A DNA stretch of 54,990 nt, the filler included, from Catajapyx aquilonaris (lineage: Eukaryota): assembly GCA_000934665.2 (NCBI GenBank). It is 4 parts of 4 records of this genome, joined end to end, with 100 filler letters (N's around TTAATTAATTAA, not from the genome) between each part and the next. Parts side by side here need not be neighbours in the genome. Positions count along the whole stretch, not along the records: positions 1 to 13,680 come from JYFJ02008020.1; 3 more parts are not named here. One strand, written 5' to 3'. Under the pieces are notes generated by a model. The model searched no databases. It saw only the letters and a program-made list of their open reading frames with translations, and was not told the DNA's origin. The translations under genes and the position numbers were made by a program. Positions 1-11,891 of the stretch are shown in pieces. How positions within the stretch are numbered: position 1 is the stretch's first letter; each line of letters starts with the position of its first letter.

Positions 1-132
1 TTTAGTTCGGAGAGCAAACCGTTAGCGGCGCCACCAGCAAAGCGGGGACGAATTTTTAGTATTGAGTTTCCCATCTAGAGGGTAGTCGTAATCTGTGGCC
101 CCAATACCCACTAAACAACCAATCAATGCAAC

Positions 133-222
133 AGCAATGTTGCTACAGTAATGTTGCTGCAGTAAGCAATGTTGCTGCAGTAAGCAATGTTGCTACAGTA
201 ATGTTGCTGCAGTAATGTTGCT
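133..222. repeat. Short tandem repeat of a 14-17 bp unit (gc)AATGTTGCT(A/G)CAGTA
   Basis: About six consecutive copies of aatgttgct(a/g)cagta are visible. Confidence 0.8.
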
Positions 223-2206
223 TACCTTTTTTTGCCCGTACTAGTAAAATAACAGGTGCGGCATGTTGTTTCAGCCAGTCCATCAGATAATAATGCCAGG
301 TGAATGATAGACAGTATAAAATATCCTATCAATAATAAGAGTTTTGACCATCCGGATCTTAAAATTGCGAAATTTGTCCATATTTCAAATGGCTACAGAA
401 AACGGTTGCAAGGTCCAGGATTGATTTGTTTTATATTGAGAGCAATGACAGAATAATGTTACAAAATCGTCTTCATTACCACTTTGAAAGAATGACCAGA
501 ACGACTCAAGTTAGGGTAAAAACTGGTAAAAATTATAAATTTACTGTGTAATTCCAGGGCAGGATCGGCGGAGTGCATTGTCTTGAGAACCCGTCACACT
601 TGTCCAACGACCACGTCAGTGAGTGATCCCAAATGTCTCGATCCTAAAAATTCATTGCAAGTGGGCTAATTCCAACTAATTCAGGGAAGCACTTCAGACT
701 TCGATGCTTCATCAATCCACAATTATCGACACGTATGCACTTGGACCGTTAAGCAAAACAGATAATGACAGTCACAGCAATTCAGCTTCGATACACTTAT
801 ATACTTTGACCGAAGTTAATAAAAACATAGACACAGCACTATCACCTCACACACATTATGGCACACTGATGCAACTTCCTGACCAAAAACCAAAGTGGGG
901 GAGAAGGACGATACGTACAGTTGGCCGGAAGGGGTGAGCGGGGGAAAACCCCAAAAAGGGATAAATGCATTCTGACACTACTACGTCCACCTATGACACA
1001 CATATATGTGCCATCCCACCAGTAACCCGTTTTGACGTGTCATCTGACACAACAGAATAAGTATATCCTGCATGCCATATCATAATTGACACAAAACGCT
1101 TTGACAAAATTACTTGGCACGTTTCTGACACGTTTTTGCGTGTCACCTGACACACAAAAACGTGTCAAAAGTGTGTCGCCGTTTTGTGTGAAGGAGGCAC
1201 TCCATAATATTGAAGAGTGGAAATGATAAAGGCGGTAAGTGCCACATTTTTCAAGCTGAGATGATGAATACAATTTTCATACATCACAAAGTGCCACGGT
1301 AAGCCTATTATTGTGTCCTTAGATCATTGTACGTTCTATAACTGATTCAGTGACTCTCTGTTATCCTTGGTCTTTATCGCATGTAAGCCCATACATAATT
1401 TCCACAACCGTAAAGGTCACAGGGTAGCGTAGTTATTCAACGTGTACCCTGAAAAAAAGGTCGAGCAAACCTTATCAACATGATTTTTCCGCTATCTCGA
1501 CAAGACCAAAGATTACGCGTTTTGAAATCATATGATAATGTGTTTTTAATTGTGTTCTCTGTCATTCTTCAAAGGATCAGTGATTCAACGGGCGGAGGAA
1601 ATATTACAAGGCTGGTATTGTATCTTTAAAAATCCATTACATTTGCTCCAGAATTTATTTGGGACAGGGATAATTTTCCCTACCATGCTTCAGTGTCACT
1701 TACTGCACAAATAAAGACCCGAAGTGCAGAACGATCAGAGTCACATTTTGGTCAAAATGGAATTAGAAGTTGTTTAATATATTGTCTTACACGCTTACTT
1801 TCTGAGAGTCAAGTCAGATATCCGCAACAACAATATTACAGTATCCTGCAGAGAAATATATATTTAAAAGCATCTCCCTCCCTCCCTCCCTCCCACACAG
1901 TCCCTCCTTTGTCCTTTCCTCTCCATGAAGAATGATGCAACCTTCAAACCCTCATACAATATCTCGATATTTTTTTATTGTTACATTACGTATATACTTT
2001 TTGTATTTTGCGTCTTCATGTATGCAAACTAATAATAATTGCCCAATTTCAAAACTTGTAGTACTGCCTTGCACAGGGCAATTAAATTTTTCAGTTATGA
2101 TTAGATCATTACAGTAGTATATACGGTATGTCATCGTTTTGTACATTTGTCATATATTGCAATAAATGCAATGCTATTATTTTTTATAATTTTTTCCAGA
2201 ACAAGA

Positions 2207-3967
2207 ATGAAGCCGAGTAATGTCATTTTCGTCGGCATATTGCTTCTTTCCCTTCTACAAATTGTCACATCAGCCAAGATTCTGGCTTTATACTTCTTTG
2301 GCAGCAAAAGCCAAAAGGGTTTTGCTACTCCTATAGTAAAAGAGCTGGCCAGTCGTGGTCATGACATTGTCTTCGTTTCTGGATACAAGGAGTCCAAGCC
2401 TGTCAAAGGTATTAAAGAAGTAATATCAGACACTAGCATTGAAAAACTCGTAGGATTTAATCGCAACGTCTTTGAAGAAAGAGAAGAAGGTATTTTGGCA
2501 ACTTTTAGTCCCTTGTTGAATATTAGTGACCTAATTACGGAACTCTTTGATAAGTCATTTACAACAAAAGAAGTACATGAAATGATGACATCAAATCAGA
2601 AGTTTGACTTGGTACTGGTTAACGGATTTGTGAATGAGTTTGCTTACGGCTGGATTCACCAACTACAAGCTCCGGTCATAATGATTTCCGCTGGTAGTCC
2701 TTTCCCATGGATGCTTCATATGATGGGAAATCCCCTCTCTATGTCCCACATTGACAAGCTGCTTTTTGCCACCAATGACGATGACTGCCTGTCTTTCTTG
2801 AAAAGAACCGCCAACACTGCCTTTTTGTTGACCCTGACTTCACTGCGAGAGAACCTTTTCCTCCCTATGGTGGATCGGATTATAAGAACAAGGTTTCCGG
2901 AACATCCTGGAATCAAGGAGGTGGAGAAGAACATGAGCTTGGTTCTGGTCAACAGTCACTTCAGCGTCAATGGTCCACGGCCATATTTGCCTTCCTTAGT
3001 TGATGTTGGCGGAGCCCATTGCCAGCCAGCCAATCCTCTTCCTGAAGACTTGGAAAATTTTGTGGACGGTTCAGGAGAGCACGGATTCATCTTGTTCAGC
3101 TTCGGATCTGTGGTGAAGGCCAGTGATATGCCAGACAAGTATAGAAAGATGTTCCTGCAGGTGTTCTCGAAGCTGCCACAACGAGTTCTGTGGAAGTGGG
3201 AAACGGAAAATATGGATGACTTGCCCAAGAATGTCAAACTGAGCAAGTGGCTTCCACAACAGGACTTGCTGGGTGAGTTATGATTTTTGGGTAATTAGAT
3301 TAATAATGATTAAACGAGTATGATGAATTATGCTGACTCATGTTGCTATTGTAGGACATCCAAAATGCCGCGCCTTCATCACCCATGGAGGAGGGCATAG
3401 CACCCAAGAAGCCAATTATCATGGTGTTCCTCTCCTCGGCATTCCATTTTTTGGAGACCAGGATATGAACATGAGGGCAGCTGAGCAAAGTGGTTATGCC
3501 ATCAAATTGGAACTTAAAAACTTAACTGCGAACCTTCTTCAGGAATCTTTACAGAAGATATTAACTGATCAAAAGTAGGCTAATATATGTTCTATTCTTG
3601 ATTCAAACTTTTAGGCAATTGTACAACAACAATGATGTTAATTGAGACACTATTCTTTTTCAGGTTTAAAGAAAAGGTACACCACTTATCGACTCTGTTC
3701 CGTGATCAACCAAATAAGCCTTTAGATCGAGCTGTGTATTGGGTCGAGTATGTCATCCGTCACAGAGGGGCCCCCCACCTCAAGTCAGAAGCTGCGAATC
3801 ATCACTGGTCACAAAATCTTTTGGCGGATATTCTTGCTTTCCTTGCTTTTCTTTTCGCAACTGTTGTGTTTGTAGCGGGTCTAATTACTTATTTCATTAT
3901 CAAGTTGATGTGCAAGATCTTTTGCAGAGGAAAGAAGAAGGCTTCAGATAAAAAGAAAAAGGAATAA
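2207..3967 (+). CDS. UDP-glycosyltransferase (arthropod UGT, GT1 family), cluster copy A
   Basis: Exons 2207-3272, 3355-3574, 3664-3967 with GT-AG introns that join in frame. Signal peptide MKPSNVIFVGILLLSLLQIVTSA. UGT signature WLPQQDLLGHPKCRAFITHGGGHSTQEANYHGVPLLGIPFFGDQ. C-terminal TM segment and lysine-rich ER-retrieval tail (DKKKKE). Acceptor ttttccag ending at 2199 suggests a 5' UTR intron. Confidence 0.95.
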
Positions 3968-4955
3968 ACCTTTTGTTGCTATATTATAATAAATCCCTAA
4001 TGCGTAACAAATGTATTCTACATATTTGATGCATATTTTTGGCAATAAATGGACATGCCATAAAAATTATGCATTTAATGACACTATTCGTTTAAGGACC
4101 AATACAGTATATTGATGAATATGAAGAATATGACTGTGGATGGTGGGAAAGTAGGCCTGTTCCAACTCTGTAATATCATAAGCTATTGAAATGTATTACG
4201 TCATTTGCGTACAGCAATTATAGGCCTATAGTGTGGTCTAAAATAGAACTTATAACACCATAATCACTCTTCCAGCATTAGCTATCTTCTTTGACTTAGG
4301 ATAATTATTATTTGCTTCTATTAACACACCTAAAATATACGAAGTTCTATCGTTTACGCTTATTGAAGATTATGATGTCTGAAATATTGGGCAACAATCT
4401 ATATCTCAATTCAAGTGTTCTTTTTTTCAACAAATCGGTTTATCGCAGTTTCAAAATAGACACGTGTACTTGACATATTGCCAGCGCATATAACGAGCAT
4501 TGTCTTGGGTCCTTGACCAAGGTGTTATAACACTGCTGAGCAGATAATAGAAATATCTTTTGTAACCTACTAGTCCGGTGGGAAGCCTATAAGGAACAGA
4601 AGTAGACAGGAATAATTTCAGGCTAGTACAGTTGTTTAATATCACTGGTTACGTGCATTGGGCCTATTTACACATAAGTTTAAGTGCATGCAATATGTAG
4701 CATTAAGGAAATCTTATTTGGTGACTGAAACTGTGGGGTCACATAATTATAATAATAAATGTCATGTAATATTACTTCACTTCTAAATAGTCCACCATGT
4801 CATATATACGGCAGTCTTGTGGCATTTTGGGGCGTGACCTCAATAATTGGCCCTGACCTTGGCCTCCATACAAATTCCCTGCATTGGTAGATATGTCCCG
4901 ACCGCAATATTTATTTAGTTAAAGTAATTGCCATTTTCTGTGCATTTATTTCAGG

Positions 4956-6712
4956 ATGCAGATCACATTGTCAATCAGTCTGGTGTTACTATGTCTCCTG
5001 CAAATAACGACGTCAGCAAAGATTCTAGTTCTATTCATTTTTTCTAGCAAGAGTCACACAAACTTTGCAACTCCAATAGTCAACGAATTGGCCAACCGAG
5101 GACATGATGTTGTATTTGTTTCTCCTTATGAAGTTTCAGATCCTATAACTAAGGTGAAATATGTGAATTCAGACACCAATTTTGATAATTTCCCACAAAC
5201 TCTTTCCAACAAATTTGATAAAAAAGAACAAGGATTAATGGCAGATTTTTATCGCGTGCTAAAGGTCAAAAAACTCGTAGAAATAATGTTTGAGAAATCG
5301 TTTTCAAACAAAGTAATACAGGCAATGGTGTCTTCTAATGAGACATATGACTTAATTTTAGTAAACGGATTTAGAAACGAGTTTTCTTATGGCTGGATCC
5401 ACAAGTTGCAGGTACCTGTTGTCATGCTACAGGCCGGAAGTCCATTATCGTGGACCCTAAAAATGACAGGAAATCCTATTACCGTATCGCACTTGGAACG
5501 CATGTATTTTAACTCAGAAATGGCCAGAGGATCATTTTATGAGAAAGTGGTCAACACAGCTGTAATGTTAGTTCTCGATGTCATTCGCGAATACCATTAC
5601 ATTCCTATGGTCGATCAGATTGTGAAGTCAAGGTTTTCAAAATTCCCTGGAGTTACAGCTGTAGAAAAGAACATCAGTTTGGTTCTGTCAAATACTCACT
5701 TGAGTATCAATGGTCCTCGACCGTATCTTCCTTTGATGGTGGAAGCTGGAGGAGTTCACTGCAGGCCAGCCGGAGATCTTCCTGAAGACCTGGCTCAATT
5801 TGTGGAGGGTTCTGGTGTCAATGGATTTATATTGTTCAGCTTCGGATCAGTTGTGAGAGCCAGTCAAATGCCGGAAAATACCAGGGAAATGTTTTTAGAT
5901 GCCTTCTCGGGACTGCCACAAAGGGTTCTGTGGAAATGGGAAACAGATGAGATGGTGGACGGCTTGCCAAAAAATGTCAAACTAAGCAAGTGGCTACCGC
6001 AGCAGGACCTATTGGGTGAGTTGTAATTTATTATGGAATTATGATATGGAAGTTGTAACTGTCAACTATTAAATACGGCCTACAGTAATTTCATTATTTT
6101 TAACGACGTAATATTCGCTCATTACAACAGGTCACCCGAAATGCCGGGCATTTATCACTCATGGCGGCCTGTTAAGCACTCAAGAAGCTGTATATCACGG
6201 CGTTCCTCTAGTTGGTATACCATTCTTCGGAGACCAGGACGTGAACACAAGAAATGCCGAACAAAGTGGTTATGGTATCAGGCTTGATCTGACGCATTTA
6301 ACTCCAAATCTCCTTCGCGAGTCACTGGAAAGGATAATTACGCAGCCTAAGTATAGTACATTGCGGCATTGTGGTTCGACATCTTTCTGTCTTAAAATTT
6401 GATTACAGATTTAAGACCACAGCGGTTCATCTGTCCACACTTTTCCGTGATCAGCTGAAATCAGCTCTGGATCGATCCGTATATTGGATTGAATACGTCA
6501 TTCGCCACAAAGGAGCACCCCATTTGAAACCGACATCTGCTCATCATCACTGGTTGCAAAATTTACTGCTGGATGTCCTAGCTTTTATTGCTGTTGTTAT
6601 TATTGCTACATTTATAGTAATACTTTTAACGTCGTGCCTTATTTTTAAACTACTCTGCAAGATAATGTGTAGGGGAAAAGACAGTGTTGACAACGTTAAG
6701 AAAAGGCAATAA
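4956..6712 (+). CDS. UDP-glycosyltransferase, cluster copy B
   Basis: Exons 4956-6015, 6131-6350, 6409-6712 at the same intron positions as copy A. Signal peptide, signature WLPQQDLLGHPKCRAFITHGGLLSTQEAVYHGVPLVGIPFFGDQ, TM segment, VKKRQ tail. Confidence 0.95.
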
Positions 6713-6941
6713 AGTAGGATATTATTGATAATGTTGGAGAACTTGTAAATAATGAGAGAAAATGTAGATAGAAGAAAATATTCCTTGTGATTACTTTCAC
6801 CTCTATGCTTCTGGAATAATAATTAATTTACCTACCTTATTTTCTTAATCCTTACTTATCTTTTAGGCCCGTAAATTTGTACATAATAATTCCCACGTCG
6901 CGGTGTTGATTAACTCCAGATTGAGGACAAAATGTTTATTC

Positions 6942-7083
6942 CAAGGGGGTAATCACTCGACGGAAAAGTGTACACTGGAGTACCAAATTCAAGGAGTACC
7001 ACGGAGTAATAAAGAGTGAGGTGCCTGAGGAGTGCCAGGGAGTACCACTCCCACACCGGAGTACCGAAGTGATAACCCCCTTG
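6942..7083. mobile_element. Small non-autonomous DNA transposon (MITE), P-element-like termini
   Basis: TIR CAAGGGGGT(A/T)ATCACT at both ends, perfect 8-bp TSD GTTTATTC (6934-6941, 7084-7091), internal GGAGTA(C) repeats. CANRG termini with an 8-bp TSD are P-type features; hAT is not excluded. Confidence 0.7.
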
Positions 7084-7365
7084 GTTTATTCTGTTCCCAA
7101 TCCCTGGGTCACCAGCATATTTGAGGGGTCACGAGTAAGCCCGGAAAAGGCAATTAAAATCAAGAAAAAAACAAGGCAAAGTAAGAAAATATCAGGGGGG
7201 AAATTCATCTCAAATCCACGTAATAAGCATTGTACCAGGTTGAACACCTTGGTAATAAAAAATTCAGGAAAAAGTTGGGATGGGGTCATACATGTCGGCA
7301 GAGGTCGAGGACAAGTTGTCCATATATGGTCGCGACGAAATCAGGTTGGGAATAATGCTGAATAG

Positions 7366-7592
7366 TGTTGGGACCATGAATGTGGGGGCATTTATCCCCC
7401 TTGGCTGATTTGAATGCCGCCTGGTGGCGAGAGTCTTGTAGGCTATATAAGAAAGGGGAGCTTCCGGCCCCAGAAGGAGAGCTCTTCCTTGTCTGGCTGT
7501 GGCTAGATCAATACACTGTTTTACCTTACCCAACTGGTTTTACTACCCTGAGCTAGCTTGGCCTAGAGGACCCAGGTCCGGGGTTCCTCACA
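7366..7592 (+). mobile_element. Probable solo LTR
   Basis: TG...CA ends with imperfect short inverted termini (TGTTGGGACC / GGTTCCTCACA), 4-bp flanking duplication ATAG, internal TATA (ctatataagaa, about 7443) and an AATACA polyA-like signal. Confidence 0.5.
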
Positions 7593-8333
7593 ATAGTAAG
7601 GATAAACACGTCGCCCATAGAGTCGTACCATTCTTTATGAGCGGTACTGTATGCCTACACATTTTCCCGGACAATCAAAACAACAAGAACAGTTTGCCTA
7701 AACTGGAAAAAATTCTATGTTGTGCAAATGGAAAGGATCACGTCAAGAGGTCCGGAAGTGACCTGGCATCTGCAAAGCGTGTAACACTAACGTTTTTCAG
7801 TGTAGGTATACATACACCACAGTGGGCTACATCTTTGAAACAAATAAGTTGACAGCCTGAAGTATAAATAATTAGATTTTTTTATAAGTATCAAGAATTC
7901 AGAGTTATCAATCTTAAAGTAACCATGTGGCTTGCTCATTAAAAGAACGTGCTCCTCTCACTATTATTTGCTCATTATCAGCTGTTGCAATGTCTAAAAC
8001 ACAATATTGCTTCAGCTACCTATACTTTCACTAGCAAATAAAATAACAGAGAAGTGTAATGAAGTGCATGGTACTTTAATTTTTCAAGATTACCTGGGTT
8101 TAATAGAGGTAATAATAATGTCATACCCTCACCTGCCTCGTATAAAGGTGCACTTTACTAGCATGAATAACTTGGTCATACACGGTGTGTCACCATAAGG
8201 AAATGAGAAATATCATCAGACCTCGGATATATCATTAGAGTTGAGTGCATATAAAACTCAACACTAATTGGATTGAAACCATGATTTTATTTTAAACAGT
8301 AAACTTGACTTCTCAATAACAGAATCACCATTT

Positions 8334-10088
8334 TTACTGTTTCTTCTTCTTGTCGTTAGCACTGGTCTTCTTGCCGCACAATATTTTGCAGCAAATCTTA
8401 AAAATTAGGAACACAAAAAGAAGCACCACTGTCAGACATGCTGCGAATAGAAATGCAAGGAAAGCAAGAATGTCGATTAGGAGATTTTGCGACCAATGAT
8501 GCTGAGCAGCTTCAGGTTTCAAGTGAGGTGCTCCTTTGTGACGTATGACGTATTCAACCCAGTACACGGCTCGTTCCAAAGCTGAATCAGGCTGATCCCG
8601 GAAGATAGAAGACAAGTAGTTCACCTTGGTTTTGTACCTGTACCAAAAATGAGGTACTTATAACCCAATTCTTTAACAAATTAACCGATACAGACGTGAG
8701 CTCAATTCTGACACCTGATATATGCAATGGGCAAATTAATGAACTTACTTGGGATCGTGGATAATCCTTTTCAGTGAGTCAAGAAGATTATCTGCAGTCA
8801 TGCTCAATAGGTCCAGTTTAATGGCATAACCTCTGTGTTCAGCTTTCTCTATGTTCATACTTTGGTCTCCGAAAAATGGAATACCAATGACAGGAACGCC
8901 ATGGTAGATAGCTTCTTGAGTGCTCAGAAGACCACCATGAGTAATAAAGGCGCGGCATTTGGGATGTCCTGCGTATTGTTCAATGTAATTAATATTATAT
9001 ACAGCTACCAACATTGATGTCAAACACTCACCCAGAAGGTCCTGCTGTGGGAGCCATTTACTCAGTCTGACATTTGGAGGTACCTTGTCCATTTCCTCAG
9101 TTTCCCACTTCCATAACACTCTTTGCGGTAGTTCAGAAAACACTTGCAAAAAGATGTCCTTGTATTCATCTGGCATTTGACTCCCCTGAACTACTGATCC
9201 AAAGCTGAACAGGATGAATCCATGTTCTCCAGACCCATCCACAAATTCAGCCAGGTCTTTGGGAAGTGGCTTTGCTGGTTTGCAGTGAGCTCCTCCAGCT
9301 TCCACAATAGCCGGTACATAAGGCCGTGGGCCATTGATACTCAAATGAGTGTTGATGATAAGCAAACTAAAGTTCTTTGCCATTTCGTGAACTCCAGGTG
9401 AGCCTGGGAATCTCTTTTGCACAATATTATCAAACATAGGATTTAATACGTAATCTCTAAGGACAGATAATGCTAACATTACTGCCACATTCCCGGTTCT
9501 TTGCAAAAATGTCATACCAGTTGGTTGGCCAAAAAAAATGTTATCTATATTAGCCATGGTAAAAGGGCTGCCCACAAAATCCAACATGTAAGATATAGGC
9601 ATTCCAGGGAAGAGCATTACTGTAGGAACTTGCAACTTGTGTAACCAACCATAAGCAAAGTCGTTCGCAAACCCACTAACCATTGCCAAATCAAAATTAG
9701 CGTTCGAGTTTATTAACTCCTGGATTTCGGGTGTTTCAAAGACTCGTTCGGAGATTTCCTCCATAGAAGAAAACATGGACAGCATAGGGGCAAGTTGACC
9801 CTTCGTGCCTTCTTTTTTCAGTTCGAACATATTAGACCTCATTCCTGAGAAACTTTCCATTGTGGTGTTGACAATAATTTCCCTTATTCCAGGAACTTGC
9901 TTGGACTCTTTGAAAGCAGAAACAAACACAATATCATGCCCTCTGCTGGCCAATTCGTTAATGATTGGCTTAGCAAAATTTTTATGGCTTTTGCTTCCAA
10001 ACAGATATAAAACCAGGATCTTTGCTGGTGATGCTAACTGCAGAAGAGAAACTATGGTTATCAAAAATAATAATGAAGTCGACTTCAT
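8334..10088 (-). CDS. UDP-glycosyltransferase, cluster copy C
   Basis: Exons 10088-9032, 8968-8749, 8637-8334 (GT-AG, same positions as A and B). Signature WLPQQDLLGHPKCRAFITHGGLLSTQEAIYHGVPVIGIPFFGDQ, TM segment, DKKKKQ tail. Confidence 0.95.
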
Positions 10089-10293
10089 TTTTCTGTGAAG
10101 TAAAAAGGGTGAATAGTTGCTATTAGTGTGCGCATAAATTAGTTGTATTATATTACAACTACTACCTTAGAATTTGCAAGGGCTTCTCGTTCACAAAATT
10201 GGCTCTTGCATTCGGTGAAGATGGCACAACCCTAAAATGAAAACACTCTTTTGTAATAAAGTGAGTGAAAAGCACAGTACAGATACCGATACT

Positions 10294-10558
10294 GGGGGCG
10301 ACACGGTGGCCGAGCGGTTAGCGCCGCAGCCTTCCACCTCTAAGGTCCCGAGTTCGATCCCCGGGTCGGACGGAGGATACTTATGTGGATAGAGTTTCGA
10401 TGGGTTCTCTCCGTGTTCGCGTGGGTTTTCTCGGGGTTCTCCCGTTTCCTCCCACTATCAAAATCCATCACATTACAGGCAAATGATTAAAGTCGGGTTT
10501 TCAAAAGATGATCCCCTAAAAGGCCCAAGGGGCCTATCACGGGGTATCCATTATTATT
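10294..10558 (+). mobile_element. tRNA-derived SINE with V-domain-like core, full-length copy
   Basis: A box TGGCCGAGCGG, B box AGTTCGATCCC, core GCGTGGGTTTTCTCGGGGTTCTCCCGTTTCCTCCCAC resembling the V-SINE domain as I recall it, (ATT)n tail, 12-bp TSD GATACCG(A/G)TACT. Related copies at 14348 and 31772. Confidence 0.85.
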
Positions 10559-11891
10559 GATACCGGTACTGAAACTGTAAGTGATTTATTTTTACCCAAA
10601 AAATCTCATGTGGCTCAGGCGAAACACGTGCAAATGACGCCGTACTACTCTGACTGTACAAGGTCAAATTATACGAAAGATGCTCAATGTCATTCACTTT
10701 GAAGATAGCAGGACAACTCGTGACTATACACTGTAATCTGCACATGCATGTTACTCATGTCTGCGTATCTTTGATAATAATCAGTAATCATTCCGGTGGC
10801 AAACTTCGACCGTCATCTATACGCAGGGATTTTTTCTAAAAAATTGTACTGCTTAATGACAAAGGCCTCATTTGACGTGGTAATTAGGTCCAAAAGAGTT
10901 AACGATATGTCTGAGTGATCAGGAAAAAAAAATTACACTGAACTTTACTGTATGATACGACATTGTAAATGCGGATTTTCTGATCACGGCAAATGGTGTT
11001 TACCCTACTTGAGGAATTTGTGAACACTTTCTCAGCCAAAAGAAAGTGAATATTATTTGAATGACTATCTTGTTTTACACTAGTTGGAAAAAGTTTACCT
11101 TACCCAGGAGAAGCAATCTTTCACACTGATGTTGTTGATTTGCAGATAAGCTATCCAAATTCTTTGCAAGGCCAACAAGAGCGCAGCACCTACCACACGT
11201 TCATTATGTAATTTTTGTACACTTGAGTAGCCTATAGTACACGAGGAGATGGACTTTCGGCCAAAGTGAGTGCAACCAACACCTTATACGCACTGGTAGG
11301 TCACACAGGCTGCATTGCTCCTAATAGCCTAATATCATGATATTCAATCATGAATAAGCCATGTGCAAAAATCATATCATGAGCTCATAATTCAAATTCC
11401 CAATTTACATAAGTAAATTATTACAACTAATGGTGTTAAAGCATGGGGAAAATGGAATGAGGTCTTTGAAAATGGATTATACGTATCAAGCAGGTTTGAT
11501 GCAAATTTTTTCCATGGCAATTCATTGCATTTCAGAGCATGAATTCAATTTTTCTAATATTAGCAGCTAATACTTTTGATAGCCACTAACAGTCAGCATT
11601 GAAACATAACTTAACTGCTTAAAATAAACAGCTTAGTGCTCAAAAGTAGCTCATTTTAACGATAATTCCACAGTGAACACCCTGTGCACAGTATAATAGC
11701 CCTACCAGGCAAGTCTCCTAATCACATAATTATTATAGGCGTGAAAGGGCTCTCAAAATGCTTGTTCAATATATAATTATAATAGTACTATATTATCCCT
11801 GTAAAAGTAAGGTATATGGCTAATCAACTATTTATCCAGTTTTAACTTAGCAATAATTAGTCCTTGCTGTGATTGTTTTAGAGTGTTCATC

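Noticed and set aside
133..222. Repeat array resembling CRISPR
   Set aside because: Units are directly adjacent with no unique spacers; eukaryotic context, no cas genes.
2716..3488. Antisense ORFs over the UGT exons (and similar ones over cyclin Y, Hsc70 and the IR)
   Set aside because: Shadow frames of real coding exons with no independent features.
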